NCBI GenBank assembly: GCA_951406725.2
Contig: OX597825.1
Location: forward strand, 5,952,001-6,016,000
Length of the DNA: 64,000 nt
Source: Octopus vulgaris
Taxonomy: Eukaryota
Reading direction: 5' to 3'
This document shows, one piece after another, positions 25,240 through 39,990 of this stretch. The first letter of the stretch is position 1. Each line of letters begins with the position of its first letter. The position numbers were made by a program, and so were the translations under genes. Under the pieces are notes generated by a model, which did no database searches, had not been told where the DNA came from, and saw nothing but the letters and a program-made list of their open reading frames with translations.

Positions 25240-25518
25240 TACATACATACATACATACATACATACATACATACATACATACATACGTACATACATACAT
25301 ACATACGTACATACATACATACATACGTACATACATACATACATACATACATACGTACATACATACATACATACATACATACATACGTACATACATACAT
25401 ACATACGTACATACATACATACATACATACATACGTACATACATACATACATACATACATACGTACATACATACATACATACATACATACATACATACGT
25501 ACATACATACATACGTAC
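25240..25518. repeat. (TACA)n tetranucleotide array with TACG variants
   Basis: Directly visible. Confidence 0.95.
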
Positions 25519-25994
25519 AAAAAATACCCTCTTGTTGATGTTGAAATTCCAATGAAGGAGCCTTGGATCGAGGTTAGAAACCGACTCTTTCTTTATTAGC
25601 AAGAAATCTTGAAACAAAACAAAACTGAACAATGGCATACGCACTTTGTGATATGCACTGCCAAGCCAACATCTTTTCTTTAAATATCTCCATCACGTTT
25701 CTTTAGCAACGCGAACAATAAGAAACCTTGTAACAAACATGACCGCGTATCGGGACCTTGAACTCATTTCCGCTTTACGTAGACACCCTTGACATAGAGA
25801 TCTGCATTGAAGCCAAACGCTTGGAGAAGACAATCTCGTAAAGAACAAACAGGACGACACAATCAAAGAATGTAGGAGATGTAACATTAAACAACTGCTG
25901 TGGACGGTTCACGTGTATTTAACTCATATAGCAAAAATGTTGAAACACTCTATCATATTACATGAAATTATTTTCGATGTAATAATTCAAGTTA

Positions 25995-26290
25995 CGTGGC
26001 CTGGTGGTGAGAGTGTGGCGCTCACGATCACAAGATTGTGGTTTCGATTCCCAGACTGTGTTGCGTTGTGTTATTTATTGGGCACAACGCGTTATTTCAC
26101 GTTGGTTTACGTTGTTCCAGTTCGCTCAGCCGTAAACGAATAACCGTGCCACGGACTGGTGTTCCGTCCAAGAAGAACGTTGGCCTCTACACACCAAGCC
26201 ACGAGGGTGACGTCATTCGGAAGCTGCAGCGAAGCGAAGAAGCGTAATGTGACTAGCGATGTGTAACAACATCCGATAGTCCGGTCGATA
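25995..26290 (+). mobile_element. Diverged SINE (family D-type head, tail related to 897-1016)
   Basis: GGTTTCGATTCCCAGAC B box, TTATTTCACGTT core and AGCGATGTGTAACAACATC tail. Confidence 0.65.
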
Positions 26291-26547
26291 CTGTCATAAT
26301 AGAGGAAAGTGCAATTGTGGGTGTAATTCTGGAGCAAATTCTGTGCTACATAGGTCATCAATAAAATTTAATGAAATCAAAATTGAGGGAACACGATGGG
26401 AAAGCATGTTTCAAACATACGTCTGCAATGAGAAAGTGGTTATACTTGAAACTGAATAGACGGCCACAACTGTAAAGAGATGTGTGTGTGTGCTTACAAG
26501 CACGTGTGTGTAAATGCTTGTATATATATATGTATGTATGCGTGCGA

Positions 26548-26970
26548 CAGTGCGTAACTGGTACTTAATTTATCGACCTCGAAAGGATGAAAGGCAAAAT
26601 CGACCTCGGCGGAATTTGAACGCAGAACGTAACGGCAGACGAAATACCGCTAAGCATTTCGCCCGGCGTTCTAACGGTTCTGCTAGCTCACCTCCCTTAG
26701 GCCTTATAGTATTGTGGGGGTTTGTGACCCAGTGGTTAGGGTGTTGGACTCATGATCGTAAGATTGTGGTTTCAATTCCTGGACCGGGAGACGCATTGTG
26801 TTCATGAGAAAAACACTTTATTCTACGTTACTCCAGCCCATTCAGCTGGCAAAAAAAGAGTAGCCCTGCGACAGACCAGCATCCCGTCCAAGTAAGGATT
26901 GTATACGCCATGGAAACCGGGAAAATCGACCCTTATAGGTCAGCATGACTCAAAAATGCAACCTTTACAT
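26548..26970. mobile_element. Divergently oriented SINE B (-, 26548-26697) and SINE D (+, 26715-26970)
   Basis: Family matches. Confidence 0.75.
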
Positions 26971-27607
26971 TTACTTCTTTTTACTGCCTACGCACATTAG
27001 AATTGAGCCCTAAGACAATTGAGTCCCACCCCGCACGTAAATTAATGCAATGAGCCCTAAAGAATTTATTTATCGACATGTAGAGATCAAAACTGGGCCC
27101 CAAGACACGTGAGCCCTTCGTGCCACAACCCAGTGCGCCAATGCCCTTAGATAACACTTCTGAAATATATCCGAATTACTGGACCTTGAACTCGTTTCCG
27201 CCTAACATCGGACAGCCGAGGCAGACACAGATCTGTTTGAAAGCCACACACTTGTAGGAATTAATCTCTTTAAGAAGAAATGGAGAAACGAAAGAATACT
27301 GTCATGGACTGTAAAAGATGTGAAAGATCTTCGTGGGAGTTCCTCAGACAGAATTTCACTGAATACAGCGAAATTATTGCTATATTCTATCGTATTACAT
27401 CAATTTATTCTCAATATGATACAAACGATTCTCAATTAACTACATCTGTCAGTATGTCGTCAAAGTATTTGGATTATCAAATGTGTGTGTGTGCGTACGT
27501 GTGTTCGTGCGTGTGTGCGCGAGTGAGGGAGAGAGAGAGAGTGGGAGATCTATATATCTATCGATCTTTCTGCGTGTCTCTCTCTAAATATATATATAGA
27601 TAGATAA

Positions 27608-27690
<83 letters not shown>

Positions 27691-27766
27691 TGTTTCTTTA
27701 TTAGCCACACAGGGCTGCACACAGACGGGACAGATTACAAAGTAGAGCTTTTCTTTTTTTTTTTTG

Positions 27767-27815
<49 letters not shown>

Positions 27816-27975
27816 GCAGACAGGTAGACAGACAGATCTCGCACCCGTATTCCTGTGAGGGTACGTATATGATATATATATATATATCCACACACACATA
27901 CACGCTTCATTCAAAATATATCTGTACAGCTATGTACCTATGTATTTATTTGCGTGTGTTTGAGTATGCGAGCGT

Positions 27976-28042
<67 letters not shown>

Positions 28043-28127
28043 TGTGTCAGAGTTGTGTAATATCACATGACTGAAGAAAAAAAACATACTCGGAAGGTTA
28101 AGGCTAAATTGGACAATTGCGACAGAC

Positions 28128-28283
28128 GAAGAAGAAGAAGAAGAAGGAGAAGAAGAAGAAGTGGGAAGAAGAAGAAGGAGGAGGAGAAGAAGAAGGAGGA
28201 GGAGGAGGAGGAGGAGGAGAAGAAGAAGAACAAGAACAAGAACAAGAACAAGAAGGAGAAGAAGAAGAGGAAGAAGAAGAAGG

Positions 28284-28314
<31 letters not shown>

Positions 28315-28380
28315 GAAGAAGAAGAAGAAGGAGGAGGAGGAAGAAGAAGAAGAAGAAGAAGAAGAAGAAGATGATGATGA
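28128..28380. repeat. (GAA/GGA)n purine tract
   Basis: Directly visible. Confidence 0.95.
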
Positions 28381-28504
28381 TTGTGGAAAAATAGAGGAAA
28401 GTAAGAGGTGATCGAGGAGGCTGGTCGGAGGGGAGGGGAAGGAAGAGGAGAAGCAGGGGAAGGCGAAGAGCAACACTATGAGCGGCAGCACCGTCAGCAG
28501 CAAT

Positions 28505-28539
<35 letters not shown>

Positions 28540-28911
28540 TAGTAACATCGTGACCTGACCCGCAGACACCACCATCGTCACCATCATCATCGTCATCCTC
28601 ATCATCACTGCCACCGTCGCCGTCGCCGTCATCATGAGCAGCATCATTATCGTCATGGCCGTGATGAGAGACGGAAGGAGCAGCAGCGATGTGCTGTGTG
28701 TGGTGTGTGGCAAGACCAATTCATATTCTGTATCGATCGATCGATCGACCGACCGACCGACCGACCGACCATTCCACAACTTCCAGTCACCATTGCAGAA
28801 GAGAGCGAATCTAACAACATTAGACACTGATCTTGTCTAGACACATTCTCATTACCAGTATTAGCTCTCACTTTGCTTAGTTATTTATATTAGATAGTGT
28901 GTGTGTGTGTG

Positions 28912-28946
<35 letters not shown>

Positions 28947-29066
28947 GTGTGTGTGTGTGTGTGTGTTTGTGTGTCTTTTGTACGTGTGTGTGTGTGCCAG
29001 TGTTTGTCCGTATGTGGGTGCAGGTATCTTTTGTGCGTGTGTGTAATATAGACAAGGTATTGATGC

Positions 29067-29097
<31 letters not shown>

Positions 29098-29479
29098 CAA
29101 ACGTATAATTATGCAATATATTATGCGTATATATACATGTGTGTGTGTGTGTGTATATATATATGTGTGTGTGCGTCTGTGTATATATATGTATATATAT
29201 ATATATATATATATGCATGTATGTATATTTATGTGTATGTATATATGTATATTTATATACAAACATACACATATTTATGATATATATATATATATATATA
29301 TACATTTATGTGTGTATATATTCATGTATATATATTTATTCGTATGCGTAAATATGCTTATGCATGTAGGTATGTGTGTATGCATACACATATGCGTGTA
29401 TATGTGCATGCATATATGTATACCTGCACCTAAATACGTGTATACGTGTATAATGTTCATGTATGTATGTTTCTACGAA

Positions 29480-29561
<82 letters not shown>

Positions 29562-29873
29562 CGTACATATGTGCGTATGTATGTATGTATATATATTCGC
29601 GTAAATGTAGTGTTGAGGTGGGGGGGGAGTAGAAACAATAGCAGCGAACCAAAACATAAAATAGATAAAGTAAAATAATATAAACAATAAGAAACAGTAA
29701 AATAAAATATATAAAAAAAGAAACATTGGACTATTGGAGTAGCAAGAGTGGCAGGAAGAGTAGATATGCTGATGAGAGGAGGACATAAAGAGATACAGTG
29801 AGAGGGTGAGAGGGAGGAAAGGTACATGAATGTATGTTTGTATGTACGTATGTATATATATATATATATATAT

Positions 29874-29913
<40 letters not shown>

Positions 29914-30111
29914 ACGTACCTTTGCATGAATATATGTATGTATATATGTATGCATTTATGTATGTATGCATACATGTATGTTTCGTATGTTATGTAGATA
30001 TGTATGTATGCATGCATGTATACATATATATGTGTGTGTGCATGTGTGTATGTTTTTTTTTTACATGTACCCTAGCATCGATGTACGAATGCATGTATAA
30101 GAATGTGTGTG

Positions 30112-30152
<41 letters not shown>

Positions 30153-31118
30153 CATAAATATGATGTGTGTATGAATGTATGGAAATACACGTTTGTATAT
30201 GTGTATAAGTGTGAGTGTATGTGCCTGAGAGAGAGTGCGTGTAGGAGAGCTTGTACCGGGTATATGTGTGCAACAAGGTGTGTGCGTGTGTGTGTGAGTG
30301 TATGGGTACGTATGCATATATGCATGCATGCATGTATGTATGTATGTATGTATGTATGTATGTATGTATGTATGTATGTATGTATGTATGCATGTATGTA
30401 CGTATGTACGTGTGTATGTGTGTGAGTATTTGCGTGTTTGGGGTGAGTTGGGCGGGTGCAAAAGCTACGATGTCTGGTTAGAGCGATTACAAAAGTTGAT
30501 TAACTGTGGTGGCAGTTGTGACGGCGACGGCGGCGACGGCGGCGGTGGCTGCGCTTGTGGTAATGGCGGTGATGGTGGCGGTGGTGGTGGTGGTGATGCA
30601 AAAAAACTGCGTTGCTGCGTCTGGGAAACTGCATAAGTTTAATGACTGCAACAGATATGCTGTGATGCATAACATCTATACTATATATATACATACACAC
30701 ATATAATATATATATATGTACGTTTGTACCTACGTATATATACATGTGCATATACATATACACACATATATACATATATATACAGTACGTAGCAGTATTT
30801 ATGTATCGGGTTGAAAAACCCAGTCGACAACTGTCAATGTGACTCGAACTCTCATCTCCTGTAGTGATATGTTCCCGAAATGAATTATTTCACACCCTCC
30901 AGAAAATTTATAAATTCTTATGAAGCGAACAAAACACATAAACACGCGCCCGCACGCACAACACACGCACACACACGCACCCACGTACACATTCACACAC
31001 GCACGTTAGACACACACACATACATACATATACATATATACATACCTATATATATATACACACACATATATAAATGTATATATATATACACACACATATA
31101 TAAATGTATATATATATA

Positions 31119-31173
31119 CATATTTGCTTGACAAAAGGAAACTTGCTTGGAGACATGGTTTAACCAAGGTATG

Positions 31174-31243
<70 letters not shown>

Positions 31244-31298
31244 CATACCTTGGTTAAACCATGTCTCCAAGCAAGTTTCCTTTTGTCAAGCAAATATG
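31119..31298. repeat. 180-bp perfect palindrome centred on (AT)32
   Basis: 31119-31176 is the exact reverse complement of 31241-31298. The 64-bp AT spacer is itself self-complementary. Confidence 0.92.
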
Positions 31299-31560
31299 CC
31301 CAGTGTTGAGTCCATCGTGCTGGAATTGTCATTATCCTAGATGGAGCATGTGATCCGTATAATGGACATTAGAATGCTCAAAAATGTGCCGTCCAGCGAT
31401 CTGAAATTTGGAAGCCATCAAAGAAAGCAGTGGAAACTCCGTTTGAAGGATGTAGGATATTAGCAAATGATACCTCAATGATGCTCATTGCCTGATTACA
31501 ATTGCACGGGAGAAGACAGAAGACAATGGCTAAGGAGTCAGTAGTAAGAAGCTCTATAGA
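31241..31560 (+). mobile_element. RTE-clade LINE ORF C-terminal remnant
   Basis: AIPWLNHVSKQV..ANMPSVESIV..HVIRIMDIRMLK..SDLKFG..KLRLKDV..EDRRQW resembles the RTE I.W.D.V.N.EVL.RA.MPS..GHV.RM.D.R.PK..L.G.L..G..R.KD..DR..W region. Confidence 0.7.
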
Positions 31561-31640
31561 AAACTGACCTGCAGAAAGTTTTCAGAGAAGAAGCCCTTCT
31601 CATGCAATTGTTTCGACCCTGAACTCTTTATACTCTAAGG

Positions 31641-32100
31641 CAGTGGTTCCCAAAATTTCGTTCTCTGTGCCGCATTTTCGGAATGAAAATTTGTCCACGC
31701 CTTACCAAATTTCATGTGATAAAAAGTACATTTAAAAATTTAAATAAAGCAACGACTAATTGTGCGTTAAATATAATATATCGTACAAATAACTTATGAT
31801 TAAAGCACACAAATTAAATGAAAGGTATGAGCTTGCTTTCGGTGACTAATCTCTTTTATATTAGACCTAATTTGAGATAAACAAACTCTTATCTCTCATC
31901 AACACAAAGAAGCCTTTTTTGGTTTTTAATATTTGTCAGAACTGAAGGTCCTTCTTCACAACAATATGTCGTGGATAACTGTAGAAGAATGGATTATGCT
32001 TTTGAAGAGAAGCATGAATATGCTTTTGAGGAGAAGCATGAATATTGTTTCTTGTGTATCCAAAAAGAGTCCAATGATATTTTAAATTTTGGTATATGAA
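31641..32100 (-). mobile_element. hAT (Buster/Charlie-type) transposon end with dimerisation-domain remnant
   Basis: TIR CAGTGGTTCCCAA is preceded by CTCTAAGG (NNNTANNN target). The minus strand reads LLQLSTTYCCEEGPSVLTNIKTKK, similar to LLPFSTTYLCE.GFS.L..IKTK. Confidence 0.8.
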
Positions 32101-32502
32101 TTTTTTGAAACTGTTTCTAAATCTTTCAGTTATCTTTCAATCATTCCGCCTTACCTGCTATCCTCTTCCGCCTCACCTGCTATCCTCTTGCGCCGCACCG
32201 TTTTGGAGCCATTACTCTCAGTTGGACCGGACCGCACATCCAGATAACGACTCCTGGGTATCTCTCTGCTGCTGCAGTCTGTTCATTTCGATCTTCAATA
32301 GTGGAAACGCCTTGAATAAAAGTGCATAGACACGGTCTACAACCAGAATAAGCAAACAACAGGATGCAGGCGAAAACCATATTCCGAGATATCCACGCAG
32401 CAGAAATATATGACGGACAGAGGTTTAAATTAAATGAGCTGCAAAATCATTTTTATATTAAAAACTGCGAAGATGCATAATTCTCCTTATTTATTTCAAT
32501 TT

Positions 32503-32557
<55 letters not shown>

Positions 32558-32899
32558 CACTCTAACTTTAATAATTTTCTCAATCATGGAGCGGTCTCTC
32601 TTGTTCTATACAAAAATATATTTTCGATAAAACCACGAAATATTCCTATATATTACATATCGTTGCTATTATGTTAAACTGTCGTATGTCCAAATGCATT
32701 TTTTTTTTCAATATTTATTTTTGCTTGCAATAGCCGGTTCTTTTGGTCAAACTGTCGTATCTCCAGCTGCTTCAGATATAAAAAAAATGCCAAAGTGTAA
32801 TACAACGGTTTTGCCATGGAATGGTGAAACTATTTTTCTGTTTTCTGAAAAAGCAACGTTTGCGACACTTTTGCATAATAGCAACAATATATATATATA

Positions 32900-33211
32900 T
32901 CACCATGATCACCGTAACCGACCAGGCTATCAGATGTTGCTACACATCGCTGATCACAATGCGCTTCGCGTTGTTTTAGTCTTCAAATGACGCCAACCCG
33001 CTGGCTAAGTGAGCAGGCCAACAGAAGAAAGTGTGAGAGAAGGTTGCGGCGAAAGAGTACAGCTGGGATCACCACCACCCGCTGCCGGAACCTCGTGGAG
33101 CTTTTAGGTGCTTTCGCTCAATAAACACTCACAACGCCCGATTTGGGAATCGAAACCGCGATCTTACAACCGCGAGTCCGCTGCCCTAACCACTGGGCCA
33201 TTGCACCTCCA
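32900..33211 (-). mobile_element. SINE family C
   Basis: Matches 8636-8910. Confidence 0.85.
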
Positions 33212-33269
33212 CACGCACATACACACACACACACATACACACACACACATACACACACATATACACACA

Positions 33270-33323
<54 letters not shown>

Positions 33324-33482
33324 CACACACAAACGTATTTATACGTATTTATGCATACATATATGCATACACATGCATACATATTTTATTTGTGTATATA
33401 AATGTACAAAGATATGTATATTCATGTATACATGTATGTAGATAGACAGACAGATAGACAGGTAGATAGATAGATAGAAAAT

Positions 33483-33554
<72 letters not shown>

Positions 33555-33814
33555 ATGTACACATTAACAACTTGCACACACACATACATAAACTTAAGAA
33601 ACATAATAAATGAGAAAGAGTAAGAGTGTCAGTGTACGTGTGTGTGTGTGCGTGTGTGTGTGTGTGTATGAGTATGTTTGTGTGTGTGTGTTTGTGTGTT
33701 TAGATGAGTCAGCTTACATATAATTACAATGCATGCAACGTAGATACGTGCATACATAACTATAAGCTTTCATACTTAGAGAGACACACATACGCATGTG
33801 TGTGTGTATGTGTG

Positions 33815-33854
<40 letters not shown>

Positions 33855-34411
33855 AAAGTGAGATACATCGACATGTATATCTACAGAGAGGCAGAGACAC
33901 TGTATATGTGTGTGTGAGAGAGAGAGAGGGAGAGAGTGAGAGAGGGAGTAGAGAAATAGAAAAGAAAGAAAAACTAGAGAGAGAGAGAGAGACAGAAAGA
34001 GACGGACAGGCAAACAGACATTAACGGGTTATAAAAGCGCTAAATATGTCTTTTAAATGCATTTGCAAAATACAGAAGAAAAAAAAATCTTAACATGTCT
34101 GGCTTTGGTGTTAACGAAAAATAAACAACATCACAAACGGGGGGGAAAAAAAAGACGAAATATGCAAACGTTGTAGATTAGATAATGCAGTTGCACGTAT
34201 TTGCATTCTTATTTAACATCTGCACTTGAATTTGTTGCATACAGCGCAATGCAGTTCTTGTTTGTACAGTGTTAAAATTGAAACTTATATACTGCAGTAA
34301 TTTTACAGCTGAGTTGGTGTTGCTGCTTCGTTATCGCTTTACTAGTTTACATAATAAATATATTTATACCGGGATTTTTATATTACATCTACTCTCTCTC
34401 TCTCTCTTTCT

Positions 34412-34464
<53 letters not shown>

Positions 34465-34567
34465 TTCAAATGTAGTAAAAAAACTGATTATAAACATTAT
34501 CATAACGTGACATTCGCGAAATTACAACATGGTTCTTCCCTGCATTTTACCACATTTAAAGTTCAAG

Positions 34568-34603
<36 letters not shown>

Positions 34604-34611
34604 TAAATGTC

Positions 34612-34890
34612 TCAGCATGGTTTAGTGTTTAGAGCGTCGAGCTTACGATCGTGAGGTTGTGAGTTCGATTCCTAGACCGGGCTGCGTGTTGTGTTCTTGA
34701 GCAAGACACCTTATTTCACGTTGCTCCAGTTAACTCATCTGTACAAATGAGTTGCGACATCACTGGTGCCAAGCCGTATCGGCCCCTTTGCCTTTCCCGT
34801 GGATAGCGTCAGTGGCATGAAGAGTGGAGGCCAGTATGCATGGGCGACCGCTGGTCTTCCATAAACAAACTTGCCCAGACTTGTGCCTCC
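34612..34890 (+). mobile_element. SINE family D
   Basis: tRNA-like head AGAGCGTCGAGCTTACGATCGTGAGGTTGTGAGTTCGATTCC. Matches 59081-59421. Confidence 0.85.
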
Positions 34891-34948
34891 TCCACAAGTA
34901 TAAATGAATAATCAAGCATACATATATACATACATACATACATATATA

Positions 34949-34984
<36 letters not shown>

Positions 34985-34986
<2 letters not shown>

Positions 34987-35220
34987 CAAATGAAAGACAA
35001 AAGATGGAATATACGAGAATTTATTATTAAGCATTGATTCCTCTTGGTTTGACACTCAACAACTGATTCAGGGGCATCCGGTGGTGCAGATGTATCTCGT
35101 CGGGTGATAAATAAACACAACTCGTTAAAATGACTGTTCCGCAATGTAACTTTCCGTTTTGTAGAGAGAAGAGCAGCCAGACGGGGGAAATAGTTTCATG
35201 TACCTAGAAGATCAAAAATA
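34985..35220 (-). mobile_element. (TA)n-anchored element with degenerate hammerhead (about 35053-35106)
   Basis: Minus strand: CAC-CCGACGA-ga..CATC..GATG..-GAATCAGTTGTT-GAGTG. The core is mutated. Confidence 0.4.
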
Positions 35221-37064
35221 AAATCATATATATATATAAATATATATTAACAAATGAATGACAAACGAACGGGAGTTGCGTACTCACGTTGTTCTTATGT
35301 CATTCATTAATCAATAGTGCGTGTTGTACACTTCTGGCGCTTTACTCTAAAGCATAAGTACAACGAGCTTTAACATCCAGTTATTAGTATCGTAATGTCT
35401 AAGCGAAACCATAATATATGCGTTTATATGTATGTGTATGTATGTACATGTATGTATGTATGTATGTGTGCGTGTGTATGTATGTAACTTCAGTTTTCCG
35501 AGCATTCTCTATAACATTTTTCCAAACAACGTCTGTTTATTTTTAGGCGCCCAAACTTGATCGCATAAAGCTGTTTTATTTTGGCAAAAAACGGCATAGG
35601 GCTGAATTAAATATCTTGCATTTTTTTCATTGCGTCTCTTGAGATTCTAAGTTCAAGTCGAGCCAAACCCGTCTTTGCCTTCCATCAGTCCGGGTTAATA
35701 CGTTTTATTATATTATATGAGATTTTGTTGAAGGGTTCAATGATTTCTGTTTCAATGATGAGTGACGTTTCGGACTTTTGTTTTTCAGCAAAAAGGAGGA
35801 ACTGAAGAAAGGGCTGTATCTTTTGCCACAAGCTTGTAGCGAAAAAAAAAATTGAAACATTTGTGTTATCTTACCAGTCATATATTTCACCAGTTATATC
35901 GTTATAATATTGATCTCCGTCAGTTTCGGCGATTAGTGTTTAGTTGTTCGATTTCATTGACTTAAAGTAAAAGTGGCTGAGTATCCCACCGACATGTGTA
36001 CCCAGTACTGCCTTAACCCAATTATGATTTATGTACGCTCCGGCTTGCTGTCAATAAATAATACTATAGGGCCCAGTACATTTACTTTCTCGGGTGACTT
36101 TAATGTTGCTAAGACGGCTCTGTGTCTATACTTAACATAATTCTAAAACCTAATCAGCGTGATACAAGGATCGCCCTTTAAATTACAAGTACAGTCCTTC
36201 TTTGGCCCCTACGCAGTTTCCATTCACTCATTGAAAATCTCAAGACTTGGATCGATTCGAGGTCATGGCAAAAAGAAACAGAAACATTTGTATAAGATAT
36301 GACGCTGTGGAATCGAACCCGAGATATCATAATTGCGAGATAATTTTTTTTTTCATTTGGCTATACTGTATCTCCCAAGTTATATTAATATAGTTATATT
36401 ACAACAGCTATATAGAGCAGTGATAGGCAATATCGTTACATTAAATACCTTACCGTATTGATTCTGTCTCTTTTTGTTTTGAGTTCAAATCCCATCCAGG
36501 TCAAATTTTAATCTTAATCTTCCGATGTGGAAAAAATAAAGTACTTGTAGAGTAGACATAACCTATTGTTACCCCACTCCTTAAATTTATAACCATGATC
36601 TCAATTAGAAAACAACTATGATACGAGTGATTGTATGATGATTATATCATTTAGGGTGGTGGCCTGATAGAAACGACTAGAGAATCGGACAATAAGCATT
36701 ATGATATGTTTTCCGGCTCCTTACATTACGAGTTCAAACCCCGCTGAGAGCATGTTTCGTTTTCAATCTATAGGGGCTGGTAAAATAAAGTACAAAGGAA
36801 TCAAGAACCGAACACCTCAAAACTGCTGGCCTTGGCCCTAAACGAGAAACAAGCATTTTTTCAGTTAAATGCGTGTTATATCATTTAAACCAATTCTGTC
36901 ACAATCTTTTATCTTTTTTCATCATTTGTCTTGTACACACACACCACACACACACCACACACACACACACATGCATATATATATATATGTATGAATGTAT
37001 ACATATATATATATATATATATGTATGAATGTATACATATATATATATATGTATGTATGAATGT

Positions 37065-37107
<43 letters not shown>

Positions 37108-37112
37108 AATGT

Positions 37113-37167
<55 letters not shown>

Positions 37168-37417
37168 AATGTATACATATATATATATATATATAAATGG
37201 AGTTACATAATCTGAGTTGTTACAGAAACAATTGAACCACACCAGCTCTTAATTTATATTTATAATGCATGTGTGTGTGTGAGAGTGAGTGTCTGTGTGT
37301 GTGTGTGAGAGAGAGAGAGTGAGTGTCTGTGTGTGTGTGTGTGTGTGTGAGAGTGAGTGTCTCTGTGTGTGTGTGTGTGTGTGTGTGTATGCATGTATGC
37401 ATATATATATAGGTAAG

Positions 37418-37497
<80 letters not shown>

Positions 37498-38247
37498 CAG
37501 ACAGACATATCTATGCATGTATGTATGGGTGTGTGTGTATGTATGTATGTGCGCATCTATGCCTGTTGCCGGGATCGATAATCTTGTGCATATACATACA
37601 TACATATGTATATATGCGCGTATGTGTGTGCGCGTATGAATGTACGTACGTATATATGTACGTATATTTATATGTGAAGGTGTATATATATATACATACA
37701 TTTTTTTTTGTTTGTTTGTCAGCTTAACGTTTTTCTTTCTCCTACGTCTTGTTTACCGCCATGTTATTTTGTTAATTCCACTCAGACTAATGATACGATA
37801 ATATACGATAATTCCTCTCGTCTGTCTCATTCCATACCTCAATATTTATGTTGTAATTTGTTTGTCTACCCTTTTCACAGTGGAACTCTTTTGTCTTCTA
37901 TATATATATATATGTTGTTTTTTTTCAATACACTAAAATCTATTGTATACACTAGAAAATTATACACCGTTTCCTGTAATGAATCAATTATTGTAAATAT
38001 AATGTTTTTGATAATCAAATAGGAATCAATCAATCTCTCTTCAATCTCCTCCTCCTCATCCTCCTCTTCTTCTTCTTCTTCTTCTTCTCCTTCTTTCTCT
38101 TCTTCTTTCTCTTCTTCCTTGTCTTTGTCTTCTTTTTCTGTCTGCCTCTTCTCCCACCTTTTCGACCTTTCTGTGTATATGTATGCGTGTGCGTGTGCGT
38201 CTGCCCGCACATACAGAAACACACACACATATATACATAATACATAT

Positions 38248-38282
<35 letters not shown>

Positions 38283-38291
38283 CATACGCAT

Positions 38292-38404
<113 letters not shown>

Positions 38405-39009
38405 TATATGTATATATATATACTTACACATCTACAGACATTTCTTATATATATATATATAACCATTAATGAATGACAAAAGAACAAATGTGTATTCATA
38501 CATACATACATACATACATACATACATACATACATACATACATACAGACATATACACACGTATATACATACATTCATACATACATACCTACATAATTCAT
38601 ACATACATACACACACATTCATACATACACACACACATACATACATACATACATACATACATACATACATACATACATACATACATACATACATACATAC
38701 ATACATACTCACATATGTACGCCCGGCTCAGGGCAAGCAATGGTCTGGAAGATTTCTATACTGTAAATTGACTGTAATTGATTCTACAGACAAAAGACAA
38801 AGAATGTATTTTATAATAAAACATTGAAAAGATAACCCGACAACAAAAGTACAAACGGCAATGTTATACAACTCACTACTTGGCCTGATCCGTATTTGCG
38901 CCTAACACAACAATATCATGTTCGGCCAGGTTCTTGCGGTTTGGCCAAATCTGCTGTGTCTTCTTATTTAAATCCCAAGGTTTATGAAGCATTATAATCT
39001 GAATTTTTA

Positions 39010-39409
39010 GTACTTTTTGGTTATCTCACCCCCATTAAAAAATTTTCCATTAAAAAACTGGGTTGTCTCCCCACTTTAAAAAAATCGAGTTTATGTGGCG
39101 ACAAGAGATTGGATTAAAAGGGTTAGATCCTTTTGGTTCAATACTTAACACATTGTTGACGTTTGACCCCCTCAATAGGAATGGTATGATTTCTTATAAA
39201 AATGTTATCAGATTCTTTAAGATGGTTAATTGTTTTCAGTTTTCATGAAAAAAATGAAAAATTAATGAAATTTTTCATTTTTTATTTCTTTTATTGAGGG
39301 TTAAACAATTCTTTTAGTTGAGGGAGATAACCAAAAGTACCGATATTTCTCGTAAAACGTGGGGGAGATAAGCCAATTTTTTAATAGGGGTGAGATAACC
39401 AAAAAGTAC
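39010..39409. mobile_element. MITE with 23-bp perfect TIRs
   Basis: GTACTTTTTGGTTATCTCACCCC ... GGGGTGAGATAACCAAAAAGTAC, with internal partial TIR copies. Superfamily not assigned. Confidence 0.8.
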
Positions 39410-39883
39410 CGAAATTTTTTTTCTTATATATGACTCTATATATTTTCCGCGGGTTCGTATTGTGTAATGATCCAGTGGCTAGATGCAGGCGAGGCAAAGC
39501 ATATTTTATTTCGTGTCTGACTAATTTGAGACAACGATTTCTACACACTACCAACAGCAAAAACATGCAACTGAGCTGATATCTATTGCCATGCAAAACA
39601 ATATTTTTATTTTTTATTTTATTTTTTTGTTTATTTGTTATTTTCTTTGAAGATTTATAAAATATTGACATAACTTAGAGTATCAGAAATGTCAAACAGA
39701 AGACGAAATTATGAGATAATATTTCATCATTTTTACATCAAATTACGTAATTTGTGTCAGTAGATAATTAGTTTTTTATCTTTAGAGAAAAATATATTTA
39801 GAATAATAATAAATTTTATCTTTGCATCATTCAGACCTTCGACCAGGACTGTATGTTAAGTAATGTATGTATGTATATCTTTG

Positions 39884-39990
<107 letters not shown>

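Noticed and set aside
28063-28840. Long low-complexity ORFs around (GAA)n, (CAG)n and (CAT)n
   Set aside because: No recognisable domain, stops in the plausible frames and no splice evidence. The region could be UTR, but I cannot support that.
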